The position numbers and the translations under genes were made by a program. The notes below the pieces were generated by a model. That model had not been told where the DNA came from, made no database searches, and was given only the letters and a program-made list of their open reading frames with translations. This document shows positions 1 through 11,232 of a stretch of DNA of 64,000 bases, piece by piece; position 1 is the first letter of the stretch, and every line of letters begins with the position of its first letter. The DNA comes from Pseudomonadota bacterium (GTDB lineage Bacteria; Pseudomonadota; Gammaproteobacteria; Eutrophobiales; Eutrophobiaceae), in assembly GCA_013112535.1 (NCBI GenBank), contig JABFGI010000003.1:18895-82894 (forward strand), in the 5' to 3' direction.

Positions 1-495
1 GGTGCAAGTAAGGTGATTCAGGTTGAAGAACTATCATCAGCGTGGGAACAGGCTAATCAATATGATAATCAGGTAATGGCAGAAAGTTGGGTTGAAGGCA
101 GTGAATATACCATCCCTATTTTAGGCGATATGGTTTTGCCGATGATTAAGCTGGAAACTAAACGAGAGTTTTATGATTACCAGGCCAAATACGAAGATGA
201 TGATACAAAATATATTTGCCCTTGTGGTCTGGATGAAAATGTCGAAAAGACTTTAGGTGGTCTGGCAGTGCAAGCATGTAAAAGTCTCGGTGTAACTGGC
301 TGGAGTCGAGTCGATCTAATGATCGATAAAGAAAACAAGCCCTGGTTAATAGAAGTTAATACTGTTCCCGGAATGACGAGTCATAGTCTGGTACCTATGG
401 CAGCTAAACAAGCCGGGATTTCTTTTGAACAATTAGTCGTTGAAATATTGGCGACAAGCTTGGTTATGCCTGTTGATAAGGAATTTATAAACTAA
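1..495 (+). CDS. ddl: D-alanine--D-alanine ligase, C-terminal part (5' end lies outside window)
   Basis: ORF is open from the window edge in frame 1. Translation (VNTVPGMTSHSLVPMAAKQAGISFEQL) matches the Ddl ATP-grasp C-terminus. It sits directly upstream of ftsQ-ftsA-ftsZ as in dcw clusters. Confidence 0.85.
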   Translation, partial: GASKVIQVEELSSAWEQANQYDNQVMAESWVEGSEYTIPILGDMVLPMIKLETKREFYDYQAKYEDDDTKYICPCGLDENVEKTLGGLAVQACKSLGVTGWSRVDLMIDKENKPWLIEVNTVPGMTSHSLVPMAAKQAGISFEQLVVEILATSLVMPVDKEFIN

Positions 496-1247
496 TGAGC
501 ATCGATATGGTAATTGACCCGGACAAACTGCAATTTAATAGTGTGGATAGAAGCCACGTTCGTGGTCCACGATATTTCGGTATTGCATTTGTATTAGCTT
601 TTATCAGCTTGATAGTTTGGGCTGGAATGTATCTGTCGAATTCGGACACATTACCGATAAAACAAGTGCGTATAGAAGGAGATTTTACAAATCTGTCTCC
701 AATTGATTTGCAATTACTGGTAACTGATAAAGTTCGCGGTGGTTTTTTTAATCTTGATGTAGATGCCGTAAGACTTGCTTTACTGGATGAACCCTGGGTG
801 AAAGAAGTAACGGTAAAGCGGATATGGCCTGATGCACTACGAGTGATTGTTATTGAACAGATACCGGTTGTTCGTTGGAAAGAGTCGGGATTGTTAAATG
901 CAGGCGCAGAATATTTTGCGCCGGAAGTGGCATCAATACCGAAAGATTTACCTCTGCTAGCAGGTCCTGCAGGAACGGAAGCAGTTTTATTAGAGCGTTT
1001 TAATATGATGCAGGAACGAATTCAATTCCTCGGTTTCAAGATTGCCTCATTAACCTTGAATGAAAGAAGAGCATGGTCTTTCCAACTTGAAAATGGCATC
1101 AAGGTGACATTAGGGCGGCGTGATTTTGAAGAACGGTTAAATCGATTTTTAACATTAATACCGACCACTATATCAGGTCGTATTACACAGGCAGACTCAA
1201 TAGACATGCGTTATACAAACGGGTTTTCCATTCGATGGAAAAAATAA
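495..1247 (+). CDS. ftsQ: cell division protein FtsQ
   Basis: 250 aa with an N-terminal TM helix then a POTRA-like region. Start overlaps the ddl stop. Position between ddl and ftsA is the canonical one. Confidence 0.8.
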   Translation: MSIDMVIDPDKLQFNSVDRSHVRGPRYFGIAFVLAFISLIVWAGMYLSNSDTLPIKQVRIEGDFTNLSPIDLQLLVTDKVRGGFFNLDVDAVRLALLDEPWVKEVTVKRIWPDALRVIVIEQIPVVRWKESGLLNAGAEYFAPEVASIPKDLPLLAGPAGTEAVLLERFNMMQERIQFLGFKIASLTLNERRAWSFQLENGIKVTLGRRDFEERLNRFLTLIPTTISGRITQADSIDMRYTNGFSIRWKK

Positions 1248-1284
1248 CATAGACATTCAGCGCGTTGATAACAGGCGATAAAAT

Positions 1285-2520
1285 ATGGTTAAGAAAACAG
1301 ATAAAAATCTCATCGTTGGTTTAGACATCGGTACATCCAAAGTGGTGGCAATTGTCGGTGAAGTTTCAGTAGATGATGAGATTGAAATAATTGGAATAGG
1401 CTCAAACCAGTCGCGCGGCCTTAAGAAAGGTGTCGTGGTTAATATTGAGTCCACTGTCCATTCAATTCAAAGAGCGATAGAAGAAGCCGAACTTATGGCG
1501 GGTTGCGAAATTCATTCTGTCTTCACTGGAATTGCCGGTAGTCATATCCGTAGTTTGAATTCGCATGGCATTGTTGCCATACGAGACAGTGAAGTGTCAT
1601 ATGGAGATGTTGATCGCGTTATTGATGCAGCGAAAGCGGTTGCCATACCTGCTGATCAAAAAATTCTACATATCCTTCCGCAAGAATTCGTTATTGATAA
1701 CCAGGAGGGTGTTAAAGAACCGATTGGTATGTCTGGTGTAAGACTTGAGTCAAAGGTTCACATCGTTACAGGTGCCGTTAGCGCGGCTCAGAATATTGTC
1801 AAGTGCGTACGTCGATGTGGCCTGGAAGTCGACGATATTATTCTTGAACAGTTGGCTTCAAGTTACGCCGTATTAACGGAAGATGAGAAAGATCTTGGTG
1901 TTTGTATGATAGATATCGGTGGTGGTACGACTGATATTGCTGTTTTTACTGATGGCGCGATTCATCACACTGCTGTTATTCCTATAGCGGGGGATCAAGT
2001 CACTAATGATATTGCTGTTGCTCTGCGTACTCCAACGCAACATGCTGAAGATATCAAGGTTCAGTATGCTTGCGCACTAACGCAACTTGCTAATCACGAT
2101 GAGAGTATCGAGGTCCCTGGTGTTGGTGATCGGCCTTCACGAAGATTGGCTCGTCAAACTTTAGCTGAAGTAGTGCAACCGAGATACGAAGAATTATTTA
2201 GCCTGGTACAAGCTGAATTAAGACGTAGTGGTTTCGAAAGTTTAATTGCTGCCGGTATTGTTTTAACTGGTGGTAGTTCAAAGATGGATGGCGTGATTGA
2301 ACTGGCGGAAGAAATATTTCATATGCCGGTTCGTTTAGGTGTTCCGCAATATGTTTCAGGTTTATCAGATGTGGTTAAAAGTCCGATATATGCAACGGGT
2401 GTGGGTTTGTTAATTTTTGGTAAAAGACAGAATCAGGAAGGTATGACTCCGATTCATATTAATGATGGTGTGAAAGGTATTTTTGAAAGAATGAAGAGTT
2501 GGTTTCAGGGTAATTTTTAA
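1285..2520 (+). CDS. ftsA: cell division protein FtsA
   Basis: 411 aa. N-terminus MVKKTDKNLIVGLDIGTSKVVAIVGEV is near-identical to the E. coli FtsA N-terminus. Actin-like ATPase motifs are present. Confidence 0.95.
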   Translation: MVKKTDKNLIVGLDIGTSKVVAIVGEVSVDDEIEIIGIGSNQSRGLKKGVVVNIESTVHSIQRAIEEAELMAGCEIHSVFTGIAGSHIRSLNSHGIVAIRDSEVSYGDVDRVIDAAKAVAIPADQKILHILPQEFVIDNQEGVKEPIGMSGVRLESKVHIVTGAVSAAQNIVKCVRRCGLEVDDIILEQLASSYAVLTEDEKDLGVCMIDIGGGTTDIAVFTDGAIHHTAVIPIAGDQVTNDIAVALRTPTQHAEDIKVQYACALTQLANHDESIEVPGVGDRPSRRLARQTLAEVVQPRYEELFSLVQAELRRSGFESLIAAGIVLTGGSSKMDGVIELAEEIFHMPVRLGVPQYVSGLSDVVKSPIYATGVGLLIFGKRQNQEGMTPIHINDGVKGIFERMKSWFQGNF

Positions 2521-2554
2521 TGAATAAATTTTTAATAATTTGGGAGGTTACGAC

Positions 2555-3688
2555 ATGTTTGAATTAGTCGATGCAGCTAATCAGGCGGCTGTTATTAAAG
2601 TAATAGGCGTCGGTGGCGGAGGTGGCAATGCTGTACAGCATATGCTTAGTGGTAATATGGAAGGTGTAGAATTTATTTGTGCTAATACAGATTCACAAGC
2701 ACTTAAAAATTCAGGCGCTAAAACTGTCTTGCAGTTAGGTAGTAACATGACCAAAGGTCTCGGTGCGGGTGCAGATCCGGAAGTGGGTCGCCAGGCAGCT
2801 CTTGAAGATCGGGATCGTTTAATGGATGTACTTGATGGTTCGGATATGGTCTTTATTACTGCCGGTATGGGTGGTGGTACCGGAACGGGTGCTGCGCCTA
2901 TCGTTGCGCAAGTAGCAAAAGAAATGGGTATATTAACTGTTGCAGTTGTGACACGTCCTTTTGCCTTTGAAGGTAAAAAGCGAAGTGCAGTTGCTGAAGA
3001 AGGTATTATTGAATTAAGTCAGTTTGTTGATTCTTTAATTACGATACCTAATGAAAAATTACTTAGTGTGCTTGGTCGTGACGTTAGTTTATTGAATGCA
3101 TTTAGTGCCGCTAATGATGTTCTACTTGGCGCAGTCCAGGGTATTGCTGAGTTAATTACCTGTCCTGGTTTGATTAACGTGGATTTTGCTGATGTTAGAA
3201 CTGTGATGTCTGAAATGGGCATGGCGATGATGGGTTCAGGAAAAGCACAAGGTGAAGAGCGTGCAAAAATTGCTGCTGAAGCTGCTATATCCAGTCCTTT
3301 GTTGGAAGATGTAAATCTTTCTGGAGCCAGAGGTATTTTGGTTAATATTACTGCAGGCATGGATCTTTCTATTGGTGAATTTGATGAAGTTGGTACAACT
3401 ATAAAAGAATTTGCTTCTGACAACGCAACGGTTGTAGTAGGAACCGTAATCGACCCTGAAATGTCCGGTGATATTCGTGTGACTATCGTGGCAACGGGTC
3501 TCGGAAATCTCAAAGAAGATGCATCTCGCATCAAATTGGTTCAAAATGACGATATAAATGTCGATTATAGGGATCTCGAGCGGCCAACGGTTATGCGAAA
3601 TCAAGCGCCAGAGACAGAAGAAGACATGGTAAAGGGGGATGCGGATTACCTTGATATTCCTGCATTTTTAAGAAGACAAGCAGACTAG
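2555..3688 (+). CDS. ftsZ: cell division GTPase FtsZ
   Basis: GGGTGTG tubulin signature and [15 protein letters not shown] motif. Start chosen at the internal ATG (MFELVD...), which is preceded by a GGGAGG Shine-Dalgarno at 2541-2546. The ORF-track start at 2540 is a TTG upstream of that. Confidence 0.95.
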   Translation: MFELVDAANQAAVIKVIGVGGGGGNAVQHMLSGNMEGVEFICANTDSQALKNSGAKTVLQLGSNMTKGLGAGADPEVGRQAALEDRDRLMDVLDGSDMVFITAGMGGGTGTGAAPIVAQVAKEMGILTVAVVTRPFAFEGKKRSAVAEEGIIELSQFVDSLITIPNEKLLSVLGRDVSLLNAFSAANDVLLGAVQGIAELITCPGLINVDFADVRTVMSEMGMAMMGSGKAQGEERAKIAAEAAISSPLLEDVNLSGARGILVNITAGMDLSIGEFDEVGTTIKEFASDNATVVVGTVIDPEMSGDIRVTIVATGLGNLKEDASRIKLVQNDDINVDYRDLERPTVMRNQAPETEEDMVKGDADYLDIPAFLRRQAD

Positions 3689-3825
3689 ATCTGGATTTTA
3701 CGTGATATAATCGGCGATGGAGTCTGATGACTCTGGCTAAAATTATATATTGACAGTAAAATTGCTTACAAAACAAAGGTATAAGAATATAAGCTCCTAA
3801 ATAGGAGTAATTATGGATATTAATA

Positions 3826-4737
3826 ATGATTAGGCAACGTACATTAAAAAATGTAATTCGGGCGACTGGGGTAGGCTTGCATACAGGTAAAAAGGTATTT
3901 TTAACCTTGAGACCAGCGGCTGTGAATTCAGGAATTACATTTCGACGTGTCGATCTTGACCCTGCTGTAGAAATACCTGCTAACCCTGAATACGTTGGCG
4001 AAACCAGTCTTTCAAGTACTTTAGTTAAGGACAATGTACGCATTTCGACTGTTGAACATCTATTGTCAGCTTTGGCAGGATTTGGAATAGATAATGCGTA
4101 CATAGATTTGAGTGCAGATGAAGTTCCTATTATGGATGGCAGCGCTGGACCGTTTGTATTTTTAATACAATCTGCCGGTATTGAAGAGCAATCTGCGCCC
4201 AAGAAATTTTTACGGATCAAGGATAAGGTTCGTGTGGAAGATGATGGTAAATGGGCTATGTTTGAACCCTTTGATGGCTTTAAAGTGGGATTCACGATTG
4301 AATTTGATCACCCTGTTTTTAATGATAATAATTGTCATGCAGAAATTGATTTTTCTACCACTTCTTTTGTTAAAGAAGTTAGTCGAGCACGTACTTTTGG
4401 TTTCATGCGCGATGTTGAATTACTACGCGAAAAAAATCTGGTTTTAGGTGGAAGTCTGGATAATGCTGTCGTTGTCGATGATTACCGAATTCTTAATGAA
4501 GATGGTCTTCGATATGAAGATGAATGTGTGAAACACAAAATTCTTGATGCGATTGGTGACTTGTATTTATTAGGACACAGCTTAATTGGTGCGTTTAGTG
4601 GATATAAATCCGGGCATGCATTAAATAATGCACTTTTACGGACATTGTTAGCTAATGAAAAAGCCTGGGAATTGGTTAGTTTTGAAGATGGGCATGCAGC
4701 ACCCATTTCGTTCATGCAGGCTATCCCGGCAGACTAA
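3826..4737 (+). CDS. lpxC: UDP-3-O-acyl-N-acetylglucosamine deacetylase
   Basis: N-terminus [31 protein letters not shown] closely matches E. coli LpxC. 303 aa. Confidence 0.95.
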   Translation: MIRQRTLKNVIRATGVGLHTGKKVFLTLRPAAVNSGITFRRVDLDPAVEIPANPEYVGETSLSSTLVKDNVRISTVEHLLSALAGFGIDNAYIDLSADEVPIMDGSAGPFVFLIQSAGIEEQSAPKKFLRIKDKVRVEDDGKWAMFEPFDGFKVGFTIEFDHPVFNDNNCHAEIDFSTTSFVKEVSRARTFGFMRDVELLREKNLVLGGSLDNAVVVDDYRILNEDGLRYEDECVKHKILDAIGDLYLLGHSLIGAFSGYKSGHALNNALLRTLLANEKAWELVSFEDGHAAPISFMQAIPAD

Positions 4738-4738
4738 A

Positions 4739-5212
4739 TTAGTGATGGTAATTTTTTGATAATTTTATAAAGCATTTACGTAGTTCAGGATCGTTACAAT
4801 TATCAGCAACATCCTTAAGTATTTGAGCTGAATTTTGAGACAAAGTTATCGGTTTTTTGGCTTTGTTAGATGTAGGATTGGAAATATCGGGAATTAATTT
4901 TTTGACTTTAATTCTGACTGTTTTTACAGAAGTAAAATTTAGTTGCTTGTTTAAAGCACTAAGAATAGCTGGAATATTATAACGAAGGCGGGTAGCCCAG
5001 GTAGAAGAATTAACGAGTATTGTTACGGTATCAGTTTTTATATTCGCTAGTTCAAAATGATTGTGCAAAGATGGATCGAGGCATTTTTTTAATTTTTGAT
5101 TTATTTCCTGGATAGAGTTGGCCTTATTACAAAGATCGGCAATAGAAGAATGCTTATCTTTTAATAATTTGCTGATGGGTAGGCTTTTAGTTTTTCTATC
5201 AGTGTTATGCAT
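4739..5212 (-). CDS. dciA: DUF721-family protein, DciA-like (putative replicative helicase loader)
   Basis: 157 aa. The C-terminal half (TVTILVNSSTWATRLRYNIPAILSALNK) resembles the conserved DUF721 core. A DUF721 gene occupies the same lpxC/secA-adjacent position in Pseudomonas-type genomes. Confidence 0.5.
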   Translation of the reverse strand: MHNTDRKTKSLPISKLLKDKHSSIADLCNKANSIQEINQKLKKCLDPSLHNHFELANIKTDTVTILVNSSTWATRLRYNIPAILSALNKQLNFTSVKTVRIKVKKLIPDISNPTSNKAKKPITLSQNSAQILKDVADNCNDPELRKCFIKLSKNYHH

Positions 5213-5252
5213 TAACGGTAATTATACAGGTTTTATTTGGCACAGCATAAAT

Positions 5253-6182
5253 ATGCAATTATTTTTAATATCAAAATTTAGGAAAAAAAGTCAAACTTTG
5301 ACTTTAGGTCCTGTGGCTATATGCGTTTGTTTAATGCTGGGTATTATCGCAGGTTTATTGACCTTTCATGCAGGCAGTCTGCATGCGTTAAACTTGACAC
5401 GTGGTTCCTTTAAAGATTTATACAGTCAAACTGCACCTCTGTGGAGCCAGGAGATTGATCATCAGCAATTAATGCTTGATCAGGCTCAAGAAAATGCTAA
5501 AAAAAATCTTGATGCATTAGCTGCAAGATTAAGCAAGTTACAATCTCATGTTATGCGTCTAGATGCACTTGGTGCGCGCCTGGCTGATATGGCGGAACTT
5601 AATGAAATAGAATTTGATATTAATTCAGCTCCGGGTTTAGGTGGACCAGAACCCGTTAATAACGGGACGATGGAAGTTAGCGACTTTATTGTTGAACTTG
5701 AAAAGTTAAATTCCAAAATAAAGGATCGTTCAGAAAAATTGACTGCAATGGAATCAATGTTGATAGACAGAACATTGCAAAAGCAGACTCTTCCTACTGG
5801 CAGCCCTACAACAGATGGTTGGGTGTCTTCGTTATTTGGTATGCGCGCTGATCCCATAACAGGAAAAATGGTTTTTCACGATGGTATTGATTATGCCGGT
5901 AAATCAGGCTCTCCTATACTTACAGTTGCATCAGGTATCGTTACCTGGTCTGGTGTCCGCTATGGCTATGGTAATATGGTCGAGATAAATCATGGTAATG
6001 GTTACCAGACACGTTATGCACACAATAAGAAAAATCTTGTTGTTGTCGGACAAAAAGTAGATCAAGGACAAATAATAGCTTTAATGGGATCGTCAGGAAG
6101 GTCAACTGGACCTCATGTTCATTTTGAAGTTGTTCAAAATGGAAAAACGGTTAATCCAAAAAAATATATTTCTCTGAAATAA
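5253..6182 (+). CDS. M23-family murein endopeptidase (coiled-coil N-terminal domain, EnvC/NlpD-like)
   Basis: C-terminal HxxxD...GxxV.H.GIDYAG...GYGNMVEINHGNGYQTRYAH...GPHVHFEV matches the LytM/M23 catalytic motifs. Start trimmed to the first ATG that does not overlap the divergent dciA; start is uncertain. Confidence 0.7.
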   Translation: MQLFLISKFRKKSQTLTLGPVAICVCLMLGIIAGLLTFHAGSLHALNLTRGSFKDLYSQTAPLWSQEIDHQQLMLDQAQENAKKNLDALAARLSKLQSHVMRLDALGARLADMAELNEIEFDINSAPGLGGPEPVNNGTMEVSDFIVELEKLNSKIKDRSEKLTAMESMLIDRTLQKQTLPTGSPTTDGWVSSLFGMRADPITGKMVFHDGIDYAGKSGSPILTVASGIVTWSGVRYGYGNMVEINHGNGYQTRYAHNKKNLVVVGQKVDQGQIIALMGSSGRSTGPHVHFEVVQNGKTVNPKKYISLK

Positions 6183-6220
6183 CGACCCCAACTATATTGC
6201 TTCGCCTCTCTGGAACTCAT

Positions 6221-6253
6221 TTTACGTAACGTACGTAACATAATTTACGTAAT
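6221..6253. promoter_or_regulatory. three copies of the 8-bp palindrome TTACGTAA/TACGTAAC, 25-55 bp upstream of the secA start
   Basis: tTTTACGTAAcgTACGTAACataaTTTACGTAAtaa read directly in the sequence. Candidate operator or structured leader. Confidence 0.3.
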
Positions 6254-6277
6254 AATTTTAATTTAAAGATATAAAGT

Positions 6278-8980
6278 ATGATTACAGGATTAGTAAAAAA
6301 AATATTTGGTTCTCGAAATGATCGAGTTATCAAAAAATTAAACAAGACAGTAGCGCAAGTTAACTCCGTTGAAGAAGAGTTTAAGTCTTTAAATGACAGC
6401 GACTTTCCAGAAAAAACAAAACAGTTTAAAGAAAGAATTCAACAAGGAGAAAGTCTGGATAATATTTTGCCTGAGGCTTTTGCATTAGTAAGAGAAGCAG
6501 GCCTGCGAGTATTAAACATGCGCCACTTTGATGTGCAGTTAATCGGCGCAATGGTATTACATAATGGCAATATTGCTGAAATGCGGACAGGTGAGGGTAA
6601 AACACTGGTCGCTACATTAGCAGCATATTTGAATGCCCTGTCAGGTTCTGGTGTTCATGTCATTACAGTTAATGATTATCTGGCGAAACGTGATTCAGAA
6701 TGGATGGGACAGATATATAATTTTCTTGGTTTAACGACAGGAGTAATTGTTAGTGGTCTATCTATAGAAGAAAGAAAAGCTGCTTATCAGTGCGATATTA
6801 CTTATGGTACAAACAATGAATTTGGTTTTGATTATTTGCGTGACAACATGGCGTTCAGTAATGAAGGTCGCGTACAAAGAGGTTTAAACTTTGCCATAGT
6901 TGATGAAGTCGATTCGATTCTTATTGATGAAGCAAGAACGCCATTAGTTATTTCAGGGATGGTCGATGACAAGTCAGATTTATACATAACTATTAATGCA
7001 TTAATTCCGAAGTTAGTTGTGCAAAAAATTGAAGATGGACCGGGTGATTTCACACTGGATGAAAAATCGAAGCAAGCATATTTTACCGAGGACGGCCATG
7101 ATCACATTGAACAACTATTAAGAGAACAAAATGTTCTTAAAGAAGATCAGGCATTATATGATCCGGTTAATATCAGTATTCTTCATCATTTGAATGCCGC
7201 ATTAAGAGCACATCACTTATTTAACAAAGACGTTGATTATATTGTTAAAGATGATGAAATTGTTATTGTTGATGAATTTACAGGTCGTACCATGCAAGGG
7301 CGCCGTTGGTCAGAAGGATTACACCAGGCAATTGAAGCGAAAGAAGGTGTAACGATACAAAATGAAAATCAGACTCTGGCATCAATAACGTATCAAAATT
7401 ATTTTCGCCTGTATTCCAAACTATCAGGTATGACTGGTACTGCAGATACGGAAGCATTTGAGTTTCAATCAATATATGGCCTGGAAGTAGTTATAATCCC
7501 GACTAATATGTCGATGATTCGTGATGATCAAAGCGATATTATCTTTTTAACTGCGAAAGAAAAATACGCAGCTATGATAGAAGATATAAAAGACTGCCAG
7601 TCAAAAGGACAACCCGTATTAGTAGGTACCGCTTCTATCGAAGTGTCAGAGTATTTATCAAATTTACTTAATAAAGAAAATATAAAACATCAGGTATTGA
7701 ATGCCAAATTTCATGAAAGAGAAGCAGAAATTATTGCACAGGCAGGCCAGACAGGTGCAATCACGATTGCAACTAATATGGCAGGCCGCGGTACTGATAT
7801 TGTTTTAGGTGGTAATTATGAATCAGAAATTAAATCATTAAATGAACCTGATCAGAAACAAGTTGATAAAATTAATGAAGAATGGAAACAACGCCATCAA
7901 CAAGTACTTGATAGCGGTGGTCTACACATTATTGGAACTGAACGTCATGAATCGCGCCGCATAGATAATCAACTTCGTGGCCGATCTGGTCGACAGGGCG
8001 ATCCAGGTTCCAGTCGTTTCTATCTATCATTAGAAGATAATTTAATGCGTATTTTTGCGTCTGATCGTATATCTTCAATTATGCAGAAGCTTGGTATGGA
8101 TGAAGGAGAAGCGATTGAATCTAAATTAGTGACCCGTGCAATTGAAAATGCGCAACGAAAAGTTGAAGCACATAATTTCGATATTCGTAAACATCTACTT
8201 GAATATGATGATGTTGCCAATGATCAGCGGAAAGTAATTTATGAACAAAGAAATGAGTTACTTGATGAGGAAGATGTTTCCGAACAAGTCAATGATATAC
8301 GTTCTGAAGTTATTGAAGGGGTGATTGATAATTATATTCCCCGCGGCAGTATGGAAGAAATGTGGGATATCAGTGGTTTAACAGATGCATTTCAACATGA
8401 ATTTGATTTGGTTGTTGATATTGATTCATGGCTTAAGCAGGATAAATCTCTACATGAAGAAGCACTTCGTGAAAAAATTCATGCAGCCATGGAAAAAGTT
8501 GTTAAAGATAAAGAAGAAATGATTACTTCTGAATTGATGCGACGTGTAGAAAAGCAAATTATGCTCGATGTGTTAGACAGGCATTGGAAAGAGCATCTTG
8601 TTAATATGGATCATCTGAGACAAGGTATACAGTTAAGAAGCTTTGCAGGTAAAAACCCAAAACAGGAATATAAGCGTGAAGCTTTTGAATTGTTTGTGCA
8701 AATGCTCGAAGCTATGAAACACGATGTTGTTGTTTTTCTATCAAGAGTTAATATCAGAACTGAACAAGACGTAGAATTGGCTGAAAACCAGGAACATGAA
8801 CAAAACATGAACTTTAATCATGCTTCTGCGCCCAGTAGTCTGAACCCGGGTGTTCCGGAGCAAGCATCGCCGCCTGCGGAAAAACCTTATACACGTAGTA
8901 AACCAAAAGTTGGACGTAATGAACCATGCCCGTGTGGTTCAGGCAAAAAATTTAAGCAATGTCATGGAAGATTAAGTTAA
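6278..8980 (+). CDS. secA: preprotein translocase ATPase SecA
   Basis: 900 aa. N-terminus [25 protein letters not shown]-like motor domains and a C-terminal zinc-binding [14 protein letters not shown] motif. Confidence 0.97.
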   Translation: MITGLVKKIFGSRNDRVIKKLNKTVAQVNSVEEEFKSLNDSDFPEKTKQFKERIQQGESLDNILPEAFALVREAGLRVLNMRHFDVQLIGAMVLHNGNIAEMRTGEGKTLVATLAAYLNALSGSGVHVITVNDYLAKRDSEWMGQIYNFLGLTTGVIVSGLSIEERKAAYQCDITYGTNNEFGFDYLRDNMAFSNEGRVQRGLNFAIVDEVDSILIDEARTPLVISGMVDDKSDLYITINALIPKLVVQKIEDGPGDFTLDEKSKQAYFTEDGHDHIEQLLREQNVLKEDQALYDPVNISILHHLNAALRAHHLFNKDVDYIVKDDEIVIVDEFTGRTMQGRRWSEGLHQAIEAKEGVTIQNENQTLASITYQNYFRLYSKLSGMTGTADTEAFEFQSIYGLEVVIIPTNMSMIRDDQSDIIFLTAKEKYAAMIEDIKDCQSKGQPVLVGTASIEVSEYLSNLLNKENIKHQVLNAKFHEREAEIIAQAGQTGAITIATNMAGRGTDIVLGGNYESEIKSLNEPDQKQVDKINEEWKQRHQQVLDSGGLHIIGTERHESRRIDNQLRGRSGRQGDPGSSRFYLSLEDNLMRIFASDRISSIMQKLGMDEGEAIESKLVTRAIENAQRKVEAHNFDIRKHLLEYDDVANDQRKVIYEQRNELLDEEDVSEQVNDIRSEVIEGVIDNYIPRGSMEEMWDISGLTDAFQHEFDLVVDIDSWLKQDKSLHEEALREKIHAAMEKVVKDKEEMITSELMRRVEKQIMLDVLDRHWKEHLVNMDHLRQGIQLRSFAGKNPKQEYKREAFELFVQMLEAMKHDVVVFLSRVNIRTEQDVELAENQEHEQNMNFNHASAPSSLNPGVPEQASPPAEKPYTRSKPKVGRNEPCPCGSGKKFKQCHGRLS

Positions 8981-9032
8981 AAAAAATGAACTTATTAATT
9001 TCTAACTTTATCAATTGAAATAAGTAATTTTT

Positions 9033-10253
9033 ATGTCGGTTGGTCTGGAATTTCCTTCATCACTAGTCCCCATTAAAGGTGTTCGACTGGCATCTACATC
9101 TGCAAACATATACTCGAATAAAAGAAATGACCTTCTCTTAATAGAACTGGATAAAGGCACGGTTACTTCAGCTGTATTTACCAGGAATATATTCTGTGCA
9201 GCCCCGGTTAAAATTGCCAAAGAAAATGTTAATAATTTTAAACCACGCTACCTACTGATTAATTCAGGTAATGCAAATGCAGGTACTGGCGAGAAAGGTA
9301 TTATCCATGCCAAAAGTACTTGTCAGTCATTAGCAACAATAACTGGATGTAAAATGTCACAAATTTTACCATTCTCGACAGGTGTAATAGGTGAAGATTT
9401 ACCAGTAGAAAAAATTAATCAATCATTACCTGAATTAGTAAATAAATTATCTAATGATGCATGGTTAGAAGCAGCACAGGCGATTATGACAACTGATACA
9501 ATTCCGAAAGCAATTTCAAGACAAGTAATTCTTAATGGAGTTGATATTAACCTTACTGGAATTGCGAAAGGTGCAGGTATGATAAAGCCAAATATGGCTA
9601 CGATGTTATCCTTTATAGCAACTGATGCGAATATTAGTAAAGAAGCTCTTGATATAGCAATAGCAAATGCTGTCAATAAAAGTTTTAATAGAATTACAAT
9701 TGATGGAGATACTTCTACAAATGATGCATGTGCTATTTTTGCTACAGGCAAAGCGAAAAATAATTTAATAGATAATTGCAATAGTGACGATTTTATTGAA
9801 TTTGAAAGAGCAGTCATAAATATTTGTTGTGACCTTGCGCAAGCAATTGTCAGGGATGGTGAAGGTGCGACAAAATTTATTTCTATCGAAGTTAGTAAAG
9901 GCAAGGATCAAGATGAATGCCTAGGTGTAGCTTATAAAATAGCGGAGTCTCCTTTGGTAAAAACAGCGTTTACTGCTTCTGACCCAAACTGGGGTAGAAT
10001 CCTTGCCGCAATTGGAAACTCGGGGATTAATGATTTAAATATCAATAATGTCAGTGTTTATCTAGATGATGTCTGTATTGTTGATAATGGAGAGCGCTCA
10101 AAAACTTATACAGAAGAGAGTGGTAAAAAAGTAATGGTTCAGGAAGAAATAAAGTTATCAGTTAATCTAAATAGAGGTGCTTGCAAAGAAGAAATATGGA
10201 CAACCGATTTATCTCATGAATATATCACTATTAACGCAGAATACCGTACTTGA
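9033..10253 (+). CDS. argJ: bifunctional glutamate N-acetyltransferase / amino-acid acetyltransferase ArgJ
   Basis: 406 aa. ATMLSFIATDA autoproteolytic-site region typical of ArgJ. secA-argJ-mutT order as in Pseudomonas. Confidence 0.9.
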   Translation: MSVGLEFPSSLVPIKGVRLASTSANIYSNKRNDLLLIELDKGTVTSAVFTRNIFCAAPVKIAKENVNNFKPRYLLINSGNANAGTGEKGIIHAKSTCQSLATITGCKMSQILPFSTGVIGEDLPVEKINQSLPELVNKLSNDAWLEAAQAIMTTDTIPKAISRQVILNGVDINLTGIAKGAGMIKPNMATMLSFIATDANISKEALDIAIANAVNKSFNRITIDGDTSTNDACAIFATGKAKNNLIDNCNSDDFIEFERAVINICCDLAQAIVRDGEGATKFISIEVSKGKDQDECLGVAYKIAESPLVKTAFTASDPNWGRILAAIGNSGINDLNINNVSVYLDDVCIVDNGERSKTYTEESGKKVMVQEEIKLSVNLNRGACKEEIWTTDLSHEYITINAEYRT

Positions 10254-11198
10254 GTGAATACCCGAACACATGTTGCCGTTGGAGTCATATTTCATCCAGA
10301 TAAAAATAAAGTTTTAATAACCAGGAGATCGGCCAATCAACATCTTGCTGGTTTATGGGAATTTCCAGGTGGGAAAGTTGAAAAAAATGAAAGTGTTGTT
10401 TCTGCTTTACATCGTGAATTACATGAAGAATTGGGGATAACGGTCAAAAGTACAAAGAAGTTAACAAGAGTGTCTTATGATTACCCGGACAAAAAAGTTT
10501 TACTGGATGTTTTTAAAGTGTATGAGTGGGATGGAAATCCAATTAGCAGGGAAAATCAGAAAATAGTCTGGTCAAATTTAAAACAACTGAATAATTATGC
10601 TTTTCCTGAAGCAAATAAACACATTATTCAAACACTATCATTAGGATCAATATATGTAATAAGCCCTCCATCCTGTAATGATACAAATAGATTCATTTCT
10701 GTACTTGATGAATGTTTTTCCACAGGTGTTAAAATTTTTCAATTAAGGTTATATCAGAAGTATGAACCTGAGTTTTCCCAAATAGTATCAAAAATAATCA
10801 GGTTAGCAGAAAAATATGATGCAAAAATAATACTTAATGGTCTTGCATCAGATGTAAGTGAATATAATGTTAATGGTATTCACTTGAATTCCAGAGAGCT
10901 TTTTAAGCATAGAACCAGACCTATTAGCGAAGAATATATCCTGGGAGCATCTTGTCATAATGAAAAAGAACTTATCCATGCTGAACAAATAAATGTAAAT
11001 TACGCTTTCATTTCTCCTGTATGCAAAACAGCAAGTCATCCTGAAAAGGTAGCGATAGGCTGGGATAATTTCTGTGAAATGAGTAAAAAAGTTAATTTTC
11101 CAGTCTATGCTCTTGGTGGAATGAAACCATCAGAACTTGAATTAGCAAGAAAATATAACGCCTATGGTGTTGCGATGATAGGTGCTATCTGGGATTAG
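10254..11198 (+). CDS. mutT: Nudix hydrolase (MutT-like 8-oxo-dGTP diphosphatase) fused to a TenI/ThiE-like thiamine-phosphate-synthase-fold domain
   Basis: GTG start abutting the argJ stop. Nudix box GGKVEKNESVVSALHRELHEELGI. The C-terminal 170 aa carry a ThiE/TenI-like VYALGGM...GAYGVAMIGAIW motif. Confidence 0.75.
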   Translation: MNTRTHVAVGVIFHPDKNKVLITRRSANQHLAGLWEFPGGKVEKNESVVSALHRELHEELGITVKSTKKLTRVSYDYPDKKVLLDVFKVYEWDGNPISRENQKIVWSNLKQLNNYAFPEANKHIIQTLSLGSIYVISPPSCNDTNRFISVLDECFSTGVKIFQLRLYQKYEPEFSQIVSKIIRLAEKYDAKIILNGLASDVSEYNVNGIHLNSRELFKHRTRPISEEYILGASCHNEKELIHAEQINVNYAFISPVCKTASHPEKVAIGWDNFCEMSKKVNFPVYALGGMKPSELELARKYNAYGVAMIGAIWD

Positions 11199-11232
11199 AC
11201 ACAGTAAGTGAAAGGGTAACTTTCGGTAGCAC

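Noticed and set aside
3751-3790. TTGACA ... TATAAG sigma-70-like hexamers upstream of lpxC
   Set aside because: The spacer lengths (24 or 12 nt) do not fit the 16-18 nt window. This is probably a chance match in AT-rich DNA.
3019-4295. Three long minus-strand ORFs (171, 122, 234 aa) antisense to ftsZ and the lpxC upstream region
   Set aside because: They lie entirely within or opposite the well-supported ftsZ and lpxC genes. They have low-complexity Ser/Thr/Ile-rich translations typical of shadow ORFs in AT-rich DNA, and no SD or family resemblance.
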